32,000 nt of DNA from Prochlorococcus sp. MIT 0801 (GCF_000757865.1 NZ_CP007754.1:1080001-1112000); one strand, 5' to 3'. Numbered from the stretch's first letter, positions 8,604 through 17,605 are shown. A program made the numbers and translations. Notes: generated from the sequence alone by a model not told the origin.

Positions 8604-9518
8604 TTATTTATTAGCCCAAGAGCAGGGCTTTGAATATTTTCTATAAATAGTTGCATGACCTTCGTTGACCAAGTTTTGCTGCAAGTTTATTCCATCGATT
8701 GTGAGCTCTGCCACTGTTCTTCCATACCGATCCTCCGTAACTCTACGAATATTGGCTTCTTTCCCTTTTACTAAATTATTTAAATAGTCTCTTGCAGCTT
8801 TCGCAGGGATAGGATCTGACCTTCTTCCTCTGATTTCTGGAGTATCAATACAGGCAAGTCTAATTTTTTCGCCTTGTGAGGTTGTACAAGTATCACCGTC
8901 ATAGCAGCTTTGAATGGTTACGGAACCGATTTCAGGTTTGTTTGATTTTCGCCCCAAAGTCTCACATGCCTCTCCATCATTATCTCTATCTAAATAAGAA
9001 TGCCCCTCAATTAATAATTGCTGTGCTTTAGACCAATCCCCAATATCACCACATTTATATTTCTTTTTCAGTTGAATTATCTTATGGCATTCAGGAAATG
9101 GTGTGAGTTCCGATTTTTCAATACTGCAAGTTATTTGACCTTTGTTAAATTGATAGTGAAACGAGGGGTTAGATTTATATGTAGTAGGTATTAAATTGAT
9201 AAAGCCGTGAACTGGGTTGCCATTACAACTATTTGAATAATCGGAATCTATGTCATAGCCACGGATATTGATTTGCGAGAAATTTAGAGTCTCATTTAAA
9301 GCTTTATTTGCTTCACATTCAGACTTGATTCTTAAAATACTATTTTGGGCGATTACTTTTTCGGACTTACGTGTGATATCTAAGATTTTAATAAGACTTG
9401 TGCTGATTAAAACTGCCAGCACTGCTATGACAACTAATAACTCAATTAAAGAGAAGCCTTTCTCTCCTCCTTGATTCAATAGTTTTCTAATAAGTTTTTG
9501 CCTTAAGCTCACATCCAT
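8604..9518 (-). CDS. modular pilin: prepilin N-terminus + pilin-sized module + Excalibur Ca-binding domain + staphylococcal-type nuclease (SNase)
   Basis: Leader MDVSLRQKLIRKLLNQGGEKG then FSLIELLVVIAVLAVL. Excalibur signature CGDIGDWSKAQQLLIEGHSYLDRDNDGEACE (aa ~155-186). SNase motifs IRLACIDTPE and DRYGRTVAEL (aa ~198-295). Confidence 0.85.
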   Translation of the reverse strand: MDVSLRQKLIRKLLNQGGEKGFSLIELLVVIAVLAVLISTSLIKILDITRKSEKVIAQNSILRIKSECEANKALNETLNFSQINIRGYDIDSDYSNSCNGNPVHGFINLIPTTYKSNPSFHYQFNKGQITCSIEKSELTPFPECHKIIQLKKKYKCGDIGDWSKAQQLLIEGHSYLDRDNDGEACETLGRKSNKPEIGSVTIQSCYDGDTCTTSQGEKIRLACIDTPEIRGRRSDPIPAKAARDYLNNLVKGKEANIRRVTEDRYGRTVAELTIDGINLQQNLVNEGHATIYRKYSKPCSWANK

Positions 9519-9642
9519 CTAGGTAATTTAGTGAGTGTGCTTCGGTCTGTTTTTAATTATGAAAAAATCTTTATAAGTCTTTTAATAAGATTTGCTCAGA
9601 TTTTAATAATCATTAGGATCATATAAGACCCTATAAATTTTT

Positions 9643-11376
9643 TTGATAGAAGCAATCCTCTCAAGCACATTTAAGATTCTTCTGTGTTTTGCAATTCCAA
9701 GCTGTATGTTTTTAATTCAGCTTTTGAATGATAGTGAAAAAAAGAAATCAAGCTATTATCGAAGGCGAGCTTTTGCATATTCAGCACTTCTTTTTATTAT
9801 TACAGATTTTATTCCACTAATATTTGATTCTATAAATAATATTTCTAATGCCCCCTTTTTAGCGCGTGAAAATGCTATCGGTGCTTTACCTTGGCTAATT
9901 CTTATTATTAAGGGATTAGAAAAAGGTTTTGAGATAGATAAATCAGATCGTGGTTTCTTTTATTCAATTTGGGAACCTTTCTCAGATAAATCTGAAAAAA
10001 TGAATAACAGAGAAAGTAAAACTAATATAAAGTATAAAGATATAAACATTCAGAATGAAAAAAAAGTTTATGATTCTCAATCTCCCTTAGGTTTATTTTC
10101 TAATAAAAAAATTAATTCGTTTGAAAAGGAAAGGACAAGTAAAAAAGATAGGAAGGACAACTCTGATTTATTAAATATAGATATGGGTTCCCAAGTCTTG
10201 GAGAGAGTTGATTTCATATTAAGTGAATCATATGATAAAGATTATTCAGATATACATATTGAACCAAATGAAAATAATTACAAAATACGTGTTAGAAAAG
10301 ATGGCATACTTCAAAGTTTGATATATATAAAAAGCTTAGAAGGAGTTCAATTAATGGCATGTTTAAAGAATTTAGCGGATATGGATGTGTCTGAAAAAAG
10401 AGCTAGTCAAGATGGGAAAATTTATAAAAAATATAAAGGCAAAAAACTTGAATTTAGATGTTCGACTGTTCCGGTGAGAAATGGTGAGTCTATGGTTTTA
10501 AGACTTTTGAAAAGTGATTCGTTTTTGCTAGATTTAGACACTTTAATTAATTTGTCATATGTAAGAAACTCTTTTAGGGATTTAATTAGCTTACAAAATG
10601 GAATTATTATTGTTTGTGGTCCAACTGGATCAGGTAAATCCACAACTCTTGCTGCTGCTTTGAGAGAGATAGACAATGGAGAGATAAAGATAGTTACAGC
10701 TGAGGATCCAATTGAATATGCTTTAGGCGGAGACATCGTTCAAACACAAGTTAATAAAGCTAAAAATCAGACATTTCCATATCTTCTCAGAACATTTATG
10801 AGACATGATCCTGATGTTATATTGATTGGAGAAACACGTGATCCGGAGACTGCGAATGCCTCCATGGATGCATCAGAAACAGGACATCTAGTTTTTACAA
10901 CATTACATGCAAATAGTGCTGCAAGTTCGTTAACCAGATTGCTAGATATGGAGATACCAAAGTATAAATTAAATGCTTCGGTTAGGGGCGTTTTAGCTCA
11001 AAGACTAGTGCGTTGTGTTTGCAAGTCCTGTAGTGAGTTACGAGAAATAAAGGAAGAAGATTCAAATAAAACTGGTATTAAATGTAATACATTAGTTAGA
11101 TATGCCTCAGTCTTACCAGAAGAAAAAAGAAATATTAATAATACAATGTATTGTGAAGAATGTATGGGTACAGGCTATAAAGGAAGAATTGGAGTTTATG
11201 AGCTGCTAATTATTGATAGGAAAATAAAGAATGCTATTTTAAAGGGAATGACGGATCTTGAAATAGAAGATATTGCAATAGAAGATGGAATGATAACTCT
11301 AAGAGAGTACGGTAAACAACTAATCTATAATCAATTAACTACTGTTTCGGAGCTTGAAAGAGTTTGCAAAATATAA
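9643..11376 (+). CDS. PilB/GspE-family type IV pilus / type II secretion assembly ATPase with atypical N-terminal membrane region
   Basis: Walker A VCGPTGSGKSTT, Walker B/Asp box DVILIGETRD, His box TGHLVFTTLHAN, and a Zn-type Cys cluster (CVCKSC ... CEECMGTGYKGR). The first ~95 aa contain three hydrophobic stretches, followed by a Lys/Asn-rich linker. The track start is TTG; alternative Met starts are at 9706, 10000 and 10183. Confidence 0.9.
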   Translation: MIEAILSSTFKILLCFAIPSCMFLIQLLNDSEKKKSSYYRRRAFAYSALLFIITDFIPLIFDSINNISNAPFLARENAIGALPWLILIIKGLEKGFEIDKSDRGFFYSIWEPFSDKSEKMNNRESKTNIKYKDINIQNEKKVYDSQSPLGLFSNKKINSFEKERTSKKDRKDNSDLLNIDMGSQVLERVDFILSESYDKDYSDIHIEPNENNYKIRVRKDGILQSLIYIKSLEGVQLMACLKNLADMDVSEKRASQDGKIYKKYKGKKLEFRCSTVPVRNGESMVLRLLKSDSFLLDLDTLINLSYVRNSFRDLISLQNGIIIVCGPTGSGKSTTLAAALREIDNGEIKIVTAEDPIEYALGGDIVQTQVNKAKNQTFPYLLRTFMRHDPDVILIGETRDPETANASMDASETGHLVFTTLHANSAASSLTRLLDMEIPKYKLNASVRGVLAQRLVRCVCKSCSELREIKEEDSNKTGIKCNTLVRYASVLPEEKRNINNTMYCEECMGTGYKGRIGVYELLIIDRKIKNAILKGMTDLEIEDIAIEDGMITLREYGKQLIYNQLTTVSELERVCKI

Positions 11377-11399
11377 TACATTTTAATTTTTTTATTTAC

Positions 11400-11800
11400 T
11401 AAAAGAGAAATCTCTTTGACAGGGCTAACTAAAACTGTGTTAGGAACATTTTGGAAGGAAAAAGATTGATCATTCCCCTTCATTGGGTTCTAAAAAAAGT
11501 GCAGAGAAAATGATCTTTCTTGAATTGCGATGAGAGGACAGGATTTCGACGACCGTCCCCCGATCTGGGTTGATGATGCTTACTTATTACGTCATCATTC
11601 CGGAAGAAATCTAAAAAGAACTTCTTTAGTCCTGATGTTCGTTTGAAATAGCGCTTTCCAATCTTTGCTTGTTTACTAGCTTGATTTCACCTATATATTT
11701 AATTTAGGCAAAACCTCATCATGACATAATTGACTTTATGTAGTACGAGTCGATTAATAACCCCTTTAGTTAATGAAATTTCCAGAGGGGTTTCTTTTTG
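11400..11800. repeat. copy B (longest) of the structured non-coding element
   Basis: 11532..11670 aligns with copy A. 11640..11800 aligns inverted with 24445..24610. 11400..11450 (agaaatctctttgacagggctaactaaaactgtgt) aligns inverted with 28105..28150. Stops in all frames. Confidence 0.75.
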
Positions 11801-11801
11801 G

Positions 11802-12056
11802 TTATTGCAGTTGTTGTTGTATTTACTCGTAAAAGGAAGAGGGATTTTTGATTGTTTTCCGATATCTACAAACTATCTAGGTAACTTGCTCAACATGAAT
11901 CCAGCGGATTTCACCAGTATCGACATTTGCGATCTGAAAAAGTGTGGTTGCCTCTGGATCTCGTGAACCACCAAAAAAAGTAACCATTTTTTCTATCTGA
12001 TCTTTTTCATAGAAAATAACGTCCCCAGGTCTGACTTATAAAAAATAGAGGTTCAT
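11802..12056 (-). pseudogene. decayed paralog of the 24153..24440 gene
   Basis: Codon-level alignment (VRPGD.V.YEKDQI.K..TF.GGSR.P......Q.ANVD.GE..WIH.E.V) with in-frame taa, tag and taa stops. Together with element B it forms the left arm of the inner inverted repeat. Confidence 0.8.
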
Positions 12057-12101
12057 AAATACTTTCTAACTAAATCCATATGACAGGAGAAGTATTTTTA
12101 A

Positions 12102-12209
12102 TTACCAATCTGGATACTCGTCTTGGACTGGTTCCTCATAGAAATCTCCCTTTTCAATGCCTGAGAAATATTCAATTAGATATTGAGAATCTTCGTTTGT
12201 ATTCGTCAT
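12102..12209 (-). CDS. small acidic protein (35 aa), hypothetical
   Basis: MTNTNEDSQYLIEYFSGIEKGDFYEEPVQDEYPDW. Its ATG overlaps the stop of 12206..12430 (ATGA). The longer track ORF 12102..12305 overlaps the neighbour out of frame. Confidence 0.35.
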   Translation of the reverse strand: MTNTNEDSQYLIEYFSGIEKGDFYEEPVQDEYPDW

Positions 12210-12430
12210 TTTTGTTGCTGATCTTCTTGTTCCCATTCTTGAAATTGGAAATATAATATTGCGGCAATCGCTACGAAGATTGAAAGAAGTCCAGCCCAAC
12301 CCCAAAACTTATGCTCTGTAAAAAGATTTGTCAGCGATGACTGTTCTACATATTTTGCATCCATCTCGTTTTGAATATTCCCAGTCCATGCATCAGCAGA
12401 GATTATAAAATTCCCAATTGAATCAATCAT
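12206..12430 (-). CDS. small membrane protein, hypothetical
   Basis: 74 aa with one TM helix (FWGWAGLLSIFVAIAAILYF) and an acidic/Gln tail. Confidence 0.45.
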   Translation of the reverse strand: MIDSIGNFIISADAWTGNIQNEMDAKYVEQSSLTNLFTEHKFWGWAGLLSIFVAIAAILYFQFQEWEQEDQQQK

Positions 12431-12591
12431 TCCAGCAATCTGATTAAGAAGAATATTAGGAAAAAATAAACCCTTATTGTGGATGGGTAACTAAAGATTG
12501 TGTGAGGAAATTTTCCCGCGAAAAAAGCTTGCAGATTCAAATCATAGATCGTGAAAAGATAAAACTTATCTTTCTTATCGACCATCACCAT
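12427..12591 (-). CDS. possible 54-aa hydrophobic peptide
   Basis: ATG 12591. The stop overlaps the ATG of 12206..12430 (ATGA). MVMVDKKDKFYLFTIYDLNLQAFFAGKFPHTIFSYPSTIRVYFFLIFFLIRLLE. Below the ORF-track cutoff. Confidence 0.3.
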   Translation of the reverse strand: MVMVDKKDKFYLFTIYDLNLQAFFAGKFPHTIFSYPSTIRVYFFLIFFLIRLLE

Positions 12592-12635
12592 TAGATCCCT
12601 CTTTTCTGTAAGGGAGTATTTCAGTCCATTTACTT

Positions 12636-14366
12636 TCAGGATTTGGAATTTGGCATTAAATCAAAAGCTATAACCATTCTGTCTGAATCTGTACTAAAAG
12701 GTATTGTCCTATGATGTAAAGAAGAAGGGAATAGGACTATATCACCTATTTTTGGTTGATAAGTAAATTGAGGAGAGTTTAAATTTGAATAATTATTTGA
12801 ATTCAAACTGAATTCTATTGAACCTTCATCCTTACCAAGTGGGGGGACAACCTTCAAATAAATCACGCCACTTAACCAACCTGATTCATGAATATGCGCA
12901 GATTGATAACCTTGCTTCTTCAAAATCACATGCCATGCAAAAAGATTCTTTTTAGATGGCCATTCTTGAATAAAGGAACAAGAATGATTCATAAATTTAG
13001 AATAATATTCATCTAATTCAGTTAATATTAATGACTTGAGTTGTGAAATTGCCTTCGTTGAGTAAGAAAATAAATTTATATTATTTGGAGTGTGAAATCC
13101 ATTTCGAGTAGTATTCTCCTTAGGTTCCCATATGGTTTTTACTCCTTGTAGCTCATCAATGATTTCATTAATATATTTTTTAGAATTACTTTTATAAAAA
13201 TTTAAATTATTAATATGTAAAAAAGAGAGGGGATTTGGACAAAAGTTATTAGCAGTATATTTATTCTCCTGAGCTGCTATAAAAGAAGAAAATGCTGCTA
13301 ATCTTATATTTGATTCATCCAAGTTAGCAGTTTTTTCAATTCTGTCATAAATTTCATCAATTCTTCCTAAAGCATAAAGAGTCTCTAAAGCACATACTCG
13401 AGATATTTGCGAATTACAAGAATCTGCATCATTTAAAGCTAAATTAAAATTTCCTTTATCAAAAAATAATTGCCATCTATTCATTAATGCAGAATTAAAA
13501 CCTGGTTTAAAAGATATTGCTTCAGAATAACTTTTAAGAGCCTTATCTATTTCCCCAGTCTCTCTTAACAAATTCCCTAGAAAGTTATGAGCCTCTGCAT
13601 AATCAGGCTTCAATTCGATAGCTCGACAAATTGACAACTTAGCTTCATTTATCTTTCCAAGATCTTCTAAAATTCTACTCAAATTAAACAAATATTCTGC
13701 AGAGTCTGGCTTTAGACTAGTTGCTTTCCTTGCGGCTAATTCAGCATGATCTAATTTACCAAGATCTTTCAATATATTTGCAAGGTTTAGATGAGCTTCA
13801 GCAAAGTCAGGTTTCAATTTAATAGCTCTACATAAAGATATTTCTGATTCATTTAATTGACCAAAATCTCTTAATATATTTGCAAGGCTAAGATGAGCCT
13901 CAGCGAAATTAGGTCTAATTTCTATAGCCTTACGTATAGAAATTTCAGCGTCCTTTAATCTATTAAGGCTCCTAAATACATTTGCTAAATTGTAATATGC
14001 GTTTTCCTTGGTTGGATCTAGATCAATAGCTTTACGAAACAATATCTCTGCTTCTTTAGATTTACCAATATCATTTAATATAACTCCATAATTAGTAAGA
14101 ACTCTATAATCAATTAAACCATTTTTTATACAGTATTGATAGTGTTTAACAGCTTCTGAAATGTTACCTTTTAAATGAAGTTTAACTGCTTTATGAATTA
14201 AACCTTCCTTATTAGAAGTATGTAAATTATTACTCAAAGTAATTGGATTTATTGTATTTGAAACCTTATCTCCTTTTGAAGACTGAGAAACTAAAAAAAC
14301 CTTCACCTTAGAGGTTTCTCCAGCAGCTTTTTTAGTTTTTAGTTCTTCATTTTTGTCTGTTTCCAA
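12636..14366 (-). CDS. TPR-repeat protein fused to a TIGR02466/2OG-Fe(II)-oxygenase-like C-terminal domain
   Basis: The N-terminal half holds about 7 TPR units (..AEAHLNLANIL.DLGKL..AE...RKAI.LKPD..). The C-terminus reads QSAHIHESGWLSGVIYLKV..GSIEF...PKIGDIVLFPSSLHHRTIPF..RMVIAFDL, the pattern of the putative 2OG-Fe(II) oxygenase family common in picocyanobacteria and cyanophages. Confidence 0.75.
   Translation of the reverse strand: METDKNEELKTKKAAGETSKVKVFLVSQSSKGDKVSNTINPITLSNNLHTSNKEGLIHKAVKLHLKGNISEAVKHYQYCIKNGLIDYRVLTNYGVILNDIGKSKEAEILFRKAIDLDPTKENAYYNLANVFRSLNRLKDAEISIRKAIEIRPNFAEAHLSLANILRDFGQLNESEISLCRAIKLKPDFAEAHLNLANILKDLGKLDHAELAARKATSLKPDSAEYLFNLSRILEDLGKINEAKLSICRAIELKPDYAEAHNFLGNLLRETGEIDKALKSYSEAISFKPGFNSALMNRWQLFFDKGNFNLALNDADSCNSQISRVCALETLYALGRIDEIYDRIEKTANLDESNIRLAAFSSFIAAQENKYTANNFCPNPLSFLHINNLNFYKSNSKKYINEIIDELQGVKTIWEPKENTTRNGFHTPNNINLFSYSTKAISQLKSLILTELDEYYSKFMNHSCSFIQEWPSKKNLFAWHVILKKQGYQSAHIHESGWLSGVIYLKVVPPLGKDEGSIEFSLNSNNYSNLNSPQFTYQPKIGDIVLFPSSLHHRTIPFSTDSDRMVIAFDLMPNSKS
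13740..14170. repeat. direct repeat arm 1 (5' TPR-coding region)
   Basis: About 430 nt nearly identical (a few mismatches per 100 nt by eye) to 17020..17450. The offset is a constant ~3280 nt. Confidence 0.85.
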
Positions 14367-14488
14367 TATTTAAAACAATATATTGACATCATCATACATT
14401 AAATAGTTGTTTTTTAGCAGCCCAATTAAGTTATAATAATTATCGTATAGATCATTAGATTATTTCTGTATTTGAAGTCATTAAAGAT

Positions 14489-16186
14489 TTAATTTCTATA
14501 AATTATTAGATTACCAATAAACAAATAATCTAAATTTCCTCTGGAAAAAGAAGATAAAGCGTCTTTAGGCGACTCAACTATTGGCTCTCCAGGTAAATTA
14601 AAAGAAGTATTCAATAGAATTGGAATACCAGTCAACTTTTCTACTTCTATAAGCAATTTATATAAAATTTTATTTTGTTTTTCATTTACAGTTTGAACTC
14701 TAGCTGTGCCATCAATATGTTGAACAGCAATGAGTCTTTTATCTAGAACCTTTACATTCCTCATCATAACTGGAGAACTATCATTCATATCAAAATAGAG
14801 ATTGGCACGTTCTTCTATTACAACAGGAGCATAAGGACGGTATCTATCTCTGCACTTCATATAGTGATCTAAGAGATATTTTGTGAATCTACAAGATGGA
14901 TTGGCTAAAATACTTCGGTTACCTAAAGCTCTTGGTCCAAATTCACTTTTCCCTTGAAACCAAGCAATAACTTTTTCCTGATGAATAAGGTTAGACGCTT
15001 TTGCAAATAAATCATCATTAGAAAGAACTTCATATTTTAAATCAAAGTTTGATAATTCATTTATAGTTTCTTGCTCATTATAAGTTATGCCATAATAATC
15101 ATTTATTACTGAAAACTTACGATTAAAACTCATTTTTTGATTCACTGCTATGGCTGCACCAATGGCAGTGCCATTGTCTTCGACAGATCCATTTAAAATG
15201 ATAGATTTAAATAAATTACTCTTTTTTATTTTTTCGTTTGCAACAACATTTAGTGCAACCCCTCCAGAAAGATATAGATTTTCACATGGATATTTAGACT
15301 TAAGAAGATCTAATAACTTTAAAATTACATTTTCTGTCTCAGACTGTACTCTATTTGCTAAATTAATATGATGTATACTATCAGAAAGATCTAAACTAAA
15401 GATATTAGGTTTGTTATATATTTGATTGATTCTGGAAAAGTCTAAAGTGATTTTTCCAGAATCACTAATACTAAGTAAATCATTTTCGTTAGAATCTATA
15501 TCTTCACCATAGGCGGCTAAACCCATTACTTTTCCTGCAGAACTTCGCTTGCCACAACAATATAATGATGCCCAATCCCAATAATGACCGATGCTCTGGA
15601 GAAATCCTTTAGAATTTGAATTGTAATTTTCAATAGCAGCTATAGATGGACTGAATTTATAAATCAGGTGAGATTCTTTCCCATCAAACCAATATGCTGA
15701 AATAACTTCTTTACCACAAAAATGCGAAAAGTTAATAATTTTAGAGTGATATTTTTCTTTAATATTAAAATGATTTTTATCTTCCACTAAAGAACCACTT
15801 CCATCTATTACTAATACTATTCCTGGCTTGCTAAATCCATAATGAAGAATATATTCCATATGAGATAAATGATGAGGTACGTAGTATGTACCAAAGTAAT
15901 TTTTAGGAACTCCTCCAATATATTTGAACAATAATTCATTACTAATCTTCTTTACTTTCCATGGAGTAGAAAGTGCAATAGCATTTATATCTTCTAATTT
16001 TAATCCACTATAGTTTAAACAATAGTTTAAACATCTTTGTGCTAGTTCTAATTCATCACCAAGAGGTAGACTCTGACGTTTATAGCGCGAAATACGTTCA
16101 GCTTGAATAGCGACTTTTACTTCACCATCGCATAACAATGCTACACTCCCATTATGACTATTATTGATTCCAACAATTACATTCAT
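14489..16186 (-). CDS. NodU/CmcH-family carbamoyltransferase
   Basis: N-terminus IVGINNSHNGSVALLCDGEVKVAIQAERISRYKRQ and C-terminus GIPILLNTSFNLPGEPIVESPKDAL match the family hallmarks. Length 565 aa is typical. Confidence 0.85.
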   Translation of the reverse strand: MNVIVGINNSHNGSVALLCDGEVKVAIQAERISRYKRQSLPLGDELELAQRCLNYCLNYSGLKLEDINAIALSTPWKVKKISNELLFKYIGGVPKNYFGTYYVPHHLSHMEYILHYGFSKPGIVLVIDGSGSLVEDKNHFNIKEKYHSKIINFSHFCGKEVISAYWFDGKESHLIYKFSPSIAAIENYNSNSKGFLQSIGHYWDWASLYCCGKRSSAGKVMGLAAYGEDIDSNENDLLSISDSGKITLDFSRINQIYNKPNIFSLDLSDSIHHINLANRVQSETENVILKLLDLLKSKYPCENLYLSGGVALNVVANEKIKKSNLFKSIILNGSVEDNGTAIGAAIAVNQKMSFNRKFSVINDYYGITYNEQETINELSNFDLKYEVLSNDDLFAKASNLIHQEKVIAWFQGKSEFGPRALGNRSILANPSCRFTKYLLDHYMKCRDRYRPYAPVVIEERANLYFDMNDSSPVMMRNVKVLDKRLIAVQHIDGTARVQTVNEKQNKILYKLLIEVEKLTGIPILLNTSFNLPGEPIVESPKDALSSFSRGNLDYLFIGNLIIYRN

Positions 16187-16189
16187 GAC

Positions 16190-17605
16190 CTAAATTGGTA
16201 AAGTATTAATTAAATTTATTAAAGCTTTTCTAGCTAAATTATTTTCTTTAAATAGGGCAAGACTTCTTCGCGTAACAAGCCAGCCAATATCCTCTGTCTC
16301 ATTATCACTTATTAGGATCATAGATTTCTGAATATTAGTACAGGATAAATTCTCTACTTCTGAAAATTTGTTTATAGTATATTTATATTCACAATAACCT
16401 AATATGAGAAGAAACTTGTCTTTTTCATCTAATAATCCTAGTAATTTATTTAAATCATATTTCTTAAATATATATTTACTAAGATCAATTATATCTTCAT
16501 TTCTTTCATTTATTATTATAAGTTGTATAAAAATTGGTAATAGATTGTCTGTTAAACTTTGATCAACAAGTTTTTTTCCAAAATCGCACCAGAGTTTAAT
16601 GAATTCATTAACATAATCCTTTGTATATTTTGGTATATTTCTACAAATTTTTTCTAAAAGTTTTTTAGAATTTTCCCAATCACAATTTTCTATGATATTA
16701 ATTAGGTCAATATTTTCCAATAAATTCTCTCTGTAAAAATCAGAAACTTTAAGACCCTGAATTGAATAATATTTTGGATTTTTAGGTTCAAGCTTAGATG
16801 CTTTATTATAACTCAATATTGCTTCATCATATTTTCCTTGTTCTTTAAAGATATTTCCGAGCTTACAAAATGCATCTGCATAGTTAGGTTTATATTGAAT
16901 AGCTTTACGAGTAGAGATTTCTGAATTATTTAATTGGCCAAGATCCATCAATATATTTGCAAGATTTAAATGAGCTTCTGCAAATCCCGGTTTAATATCA
17001 ATACTTTTACGAACTGATATTAGAGCTTCGTCTAATTTTCCTAGATCTCTCATGATATTTCCAAGATTTAGATGAGCTTCAGCAAAGTCAGGTTTAAATT
17101 TAATAGCACTACATAAAGATATTTCTGATTCATTAAATTTACCAAGGTCTCTCAATATATTTGCAAGGCTAAGATGGGCCTCAGCAAAATTAGGTCTAAT
17201 TTCTATGGCCTTACGTATATAAATTTCAGCGTCCTTTAATCTATTAAGGCTCCTAAATACATTTGCTAAATTGTAATATGCGTTTTCCTTAGTTGGATCT
17301 AGATCAATAGCTTTACGAAACAATATCTCTGCTTCTTTAGATTTACCAATATCATTTAAAATGACTCCATAATTAGTAAAGACTCTATAATCAATTAAAC
17401 CATTTTTTATACAGTATTGATAGTGTTTGACAGCTTCTGAAATGTTACCATTCAAATGAAAACTTATTGCTTTTCCAATAATTTGTTCTTTAGACTCTTT
17501 AAATGAAATTTCTGAACTTAAAGTTATATTATCGCTAAAATCACTAATAGAAGAGGCGACTGTATATATTTTAACTCCATTCTTCTTACTTCCCCCTTCA
17601 GACAT
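16190..17605 (-). CDS. TPR-repeat protein with non-TPR C-terminal half
   Basis: About 7 TPR units. Residues ~50-190 are almost identical to the TPR region of 12636..14366. Its stop lies 3 nt before the carbamoyltransferase start. Confidence 0.75.
   Translation of the reverse strand: MSEGGSKKNGVKIYTVASSISDFSDNITLSSEISFKESKEQIIGKAISFHLNGNISEAVKHYQYCIKNGLIDYRVFTNYGVILNDIGKSKEAEILFRKAIDLDPTKENAYYNLANVFRSLNRLKDAEIYIRKAIEIRPNFAEAHLSLANILRDLGKFNESEISLCSAIKFKPDFAEAHLNLGNIMRDLGKLDEALISVRKSIDIKPGFAEAHLNLANILMDLGQLNNSEISTRKAIQYKPNYADAFCKLGNIFKEQGKYDEAILSYNKASKLEPKNPKYYSIQGLKVSDFYRENLLENIDLINIIENCDWENSKKLLEKICRNIPKYTKDYVNEFIKLWCDFGKKLVDQSLTDNLLPIFIQLIIINERNEDIIDLSKYIFKKYDLNKLLGLLDEKDKFLLILGYCEYKYTINKFSEVENLSCTNIQKSMILISDNETEDIGWLVTRRSLALFKENNLARKALINLINTLPI
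17020..17450. repeat. direct repeat arm 2 (5' TPR-coding region)
   Basis: See 13740..14170. Confidence 0.85.

Noticed and set aside
10422-10736. Track ORFs lie antisense to, or out of frame within, strong genes: 10422..10736, 15150..15371, 7252..7518, 8319..8501, 9268..9474, 20563..20766 and 30421..30603.
   Set aside because: They are fully embedded in genes with clear family motifs on the other strand, have odd composition and carry no motifs. I treated them as spurious.
12102-12305. The full-length 67-aa track ORF.
   Set aside because: Its first half overlaps 12206..12430 out of frame. Only the part from the internal ATG (12209), which is ATGA-coupled to the upstream stop, was kept, and at low confidence.
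12636-17605. Periodic ~102-nt repeats could suggest a CRISPR-like or tandem-repeat array.
   Set aside because: The periodicity is the 34-aa TPR unit inside long open reading frames. There are no identical short direct repeats with unique spacers.
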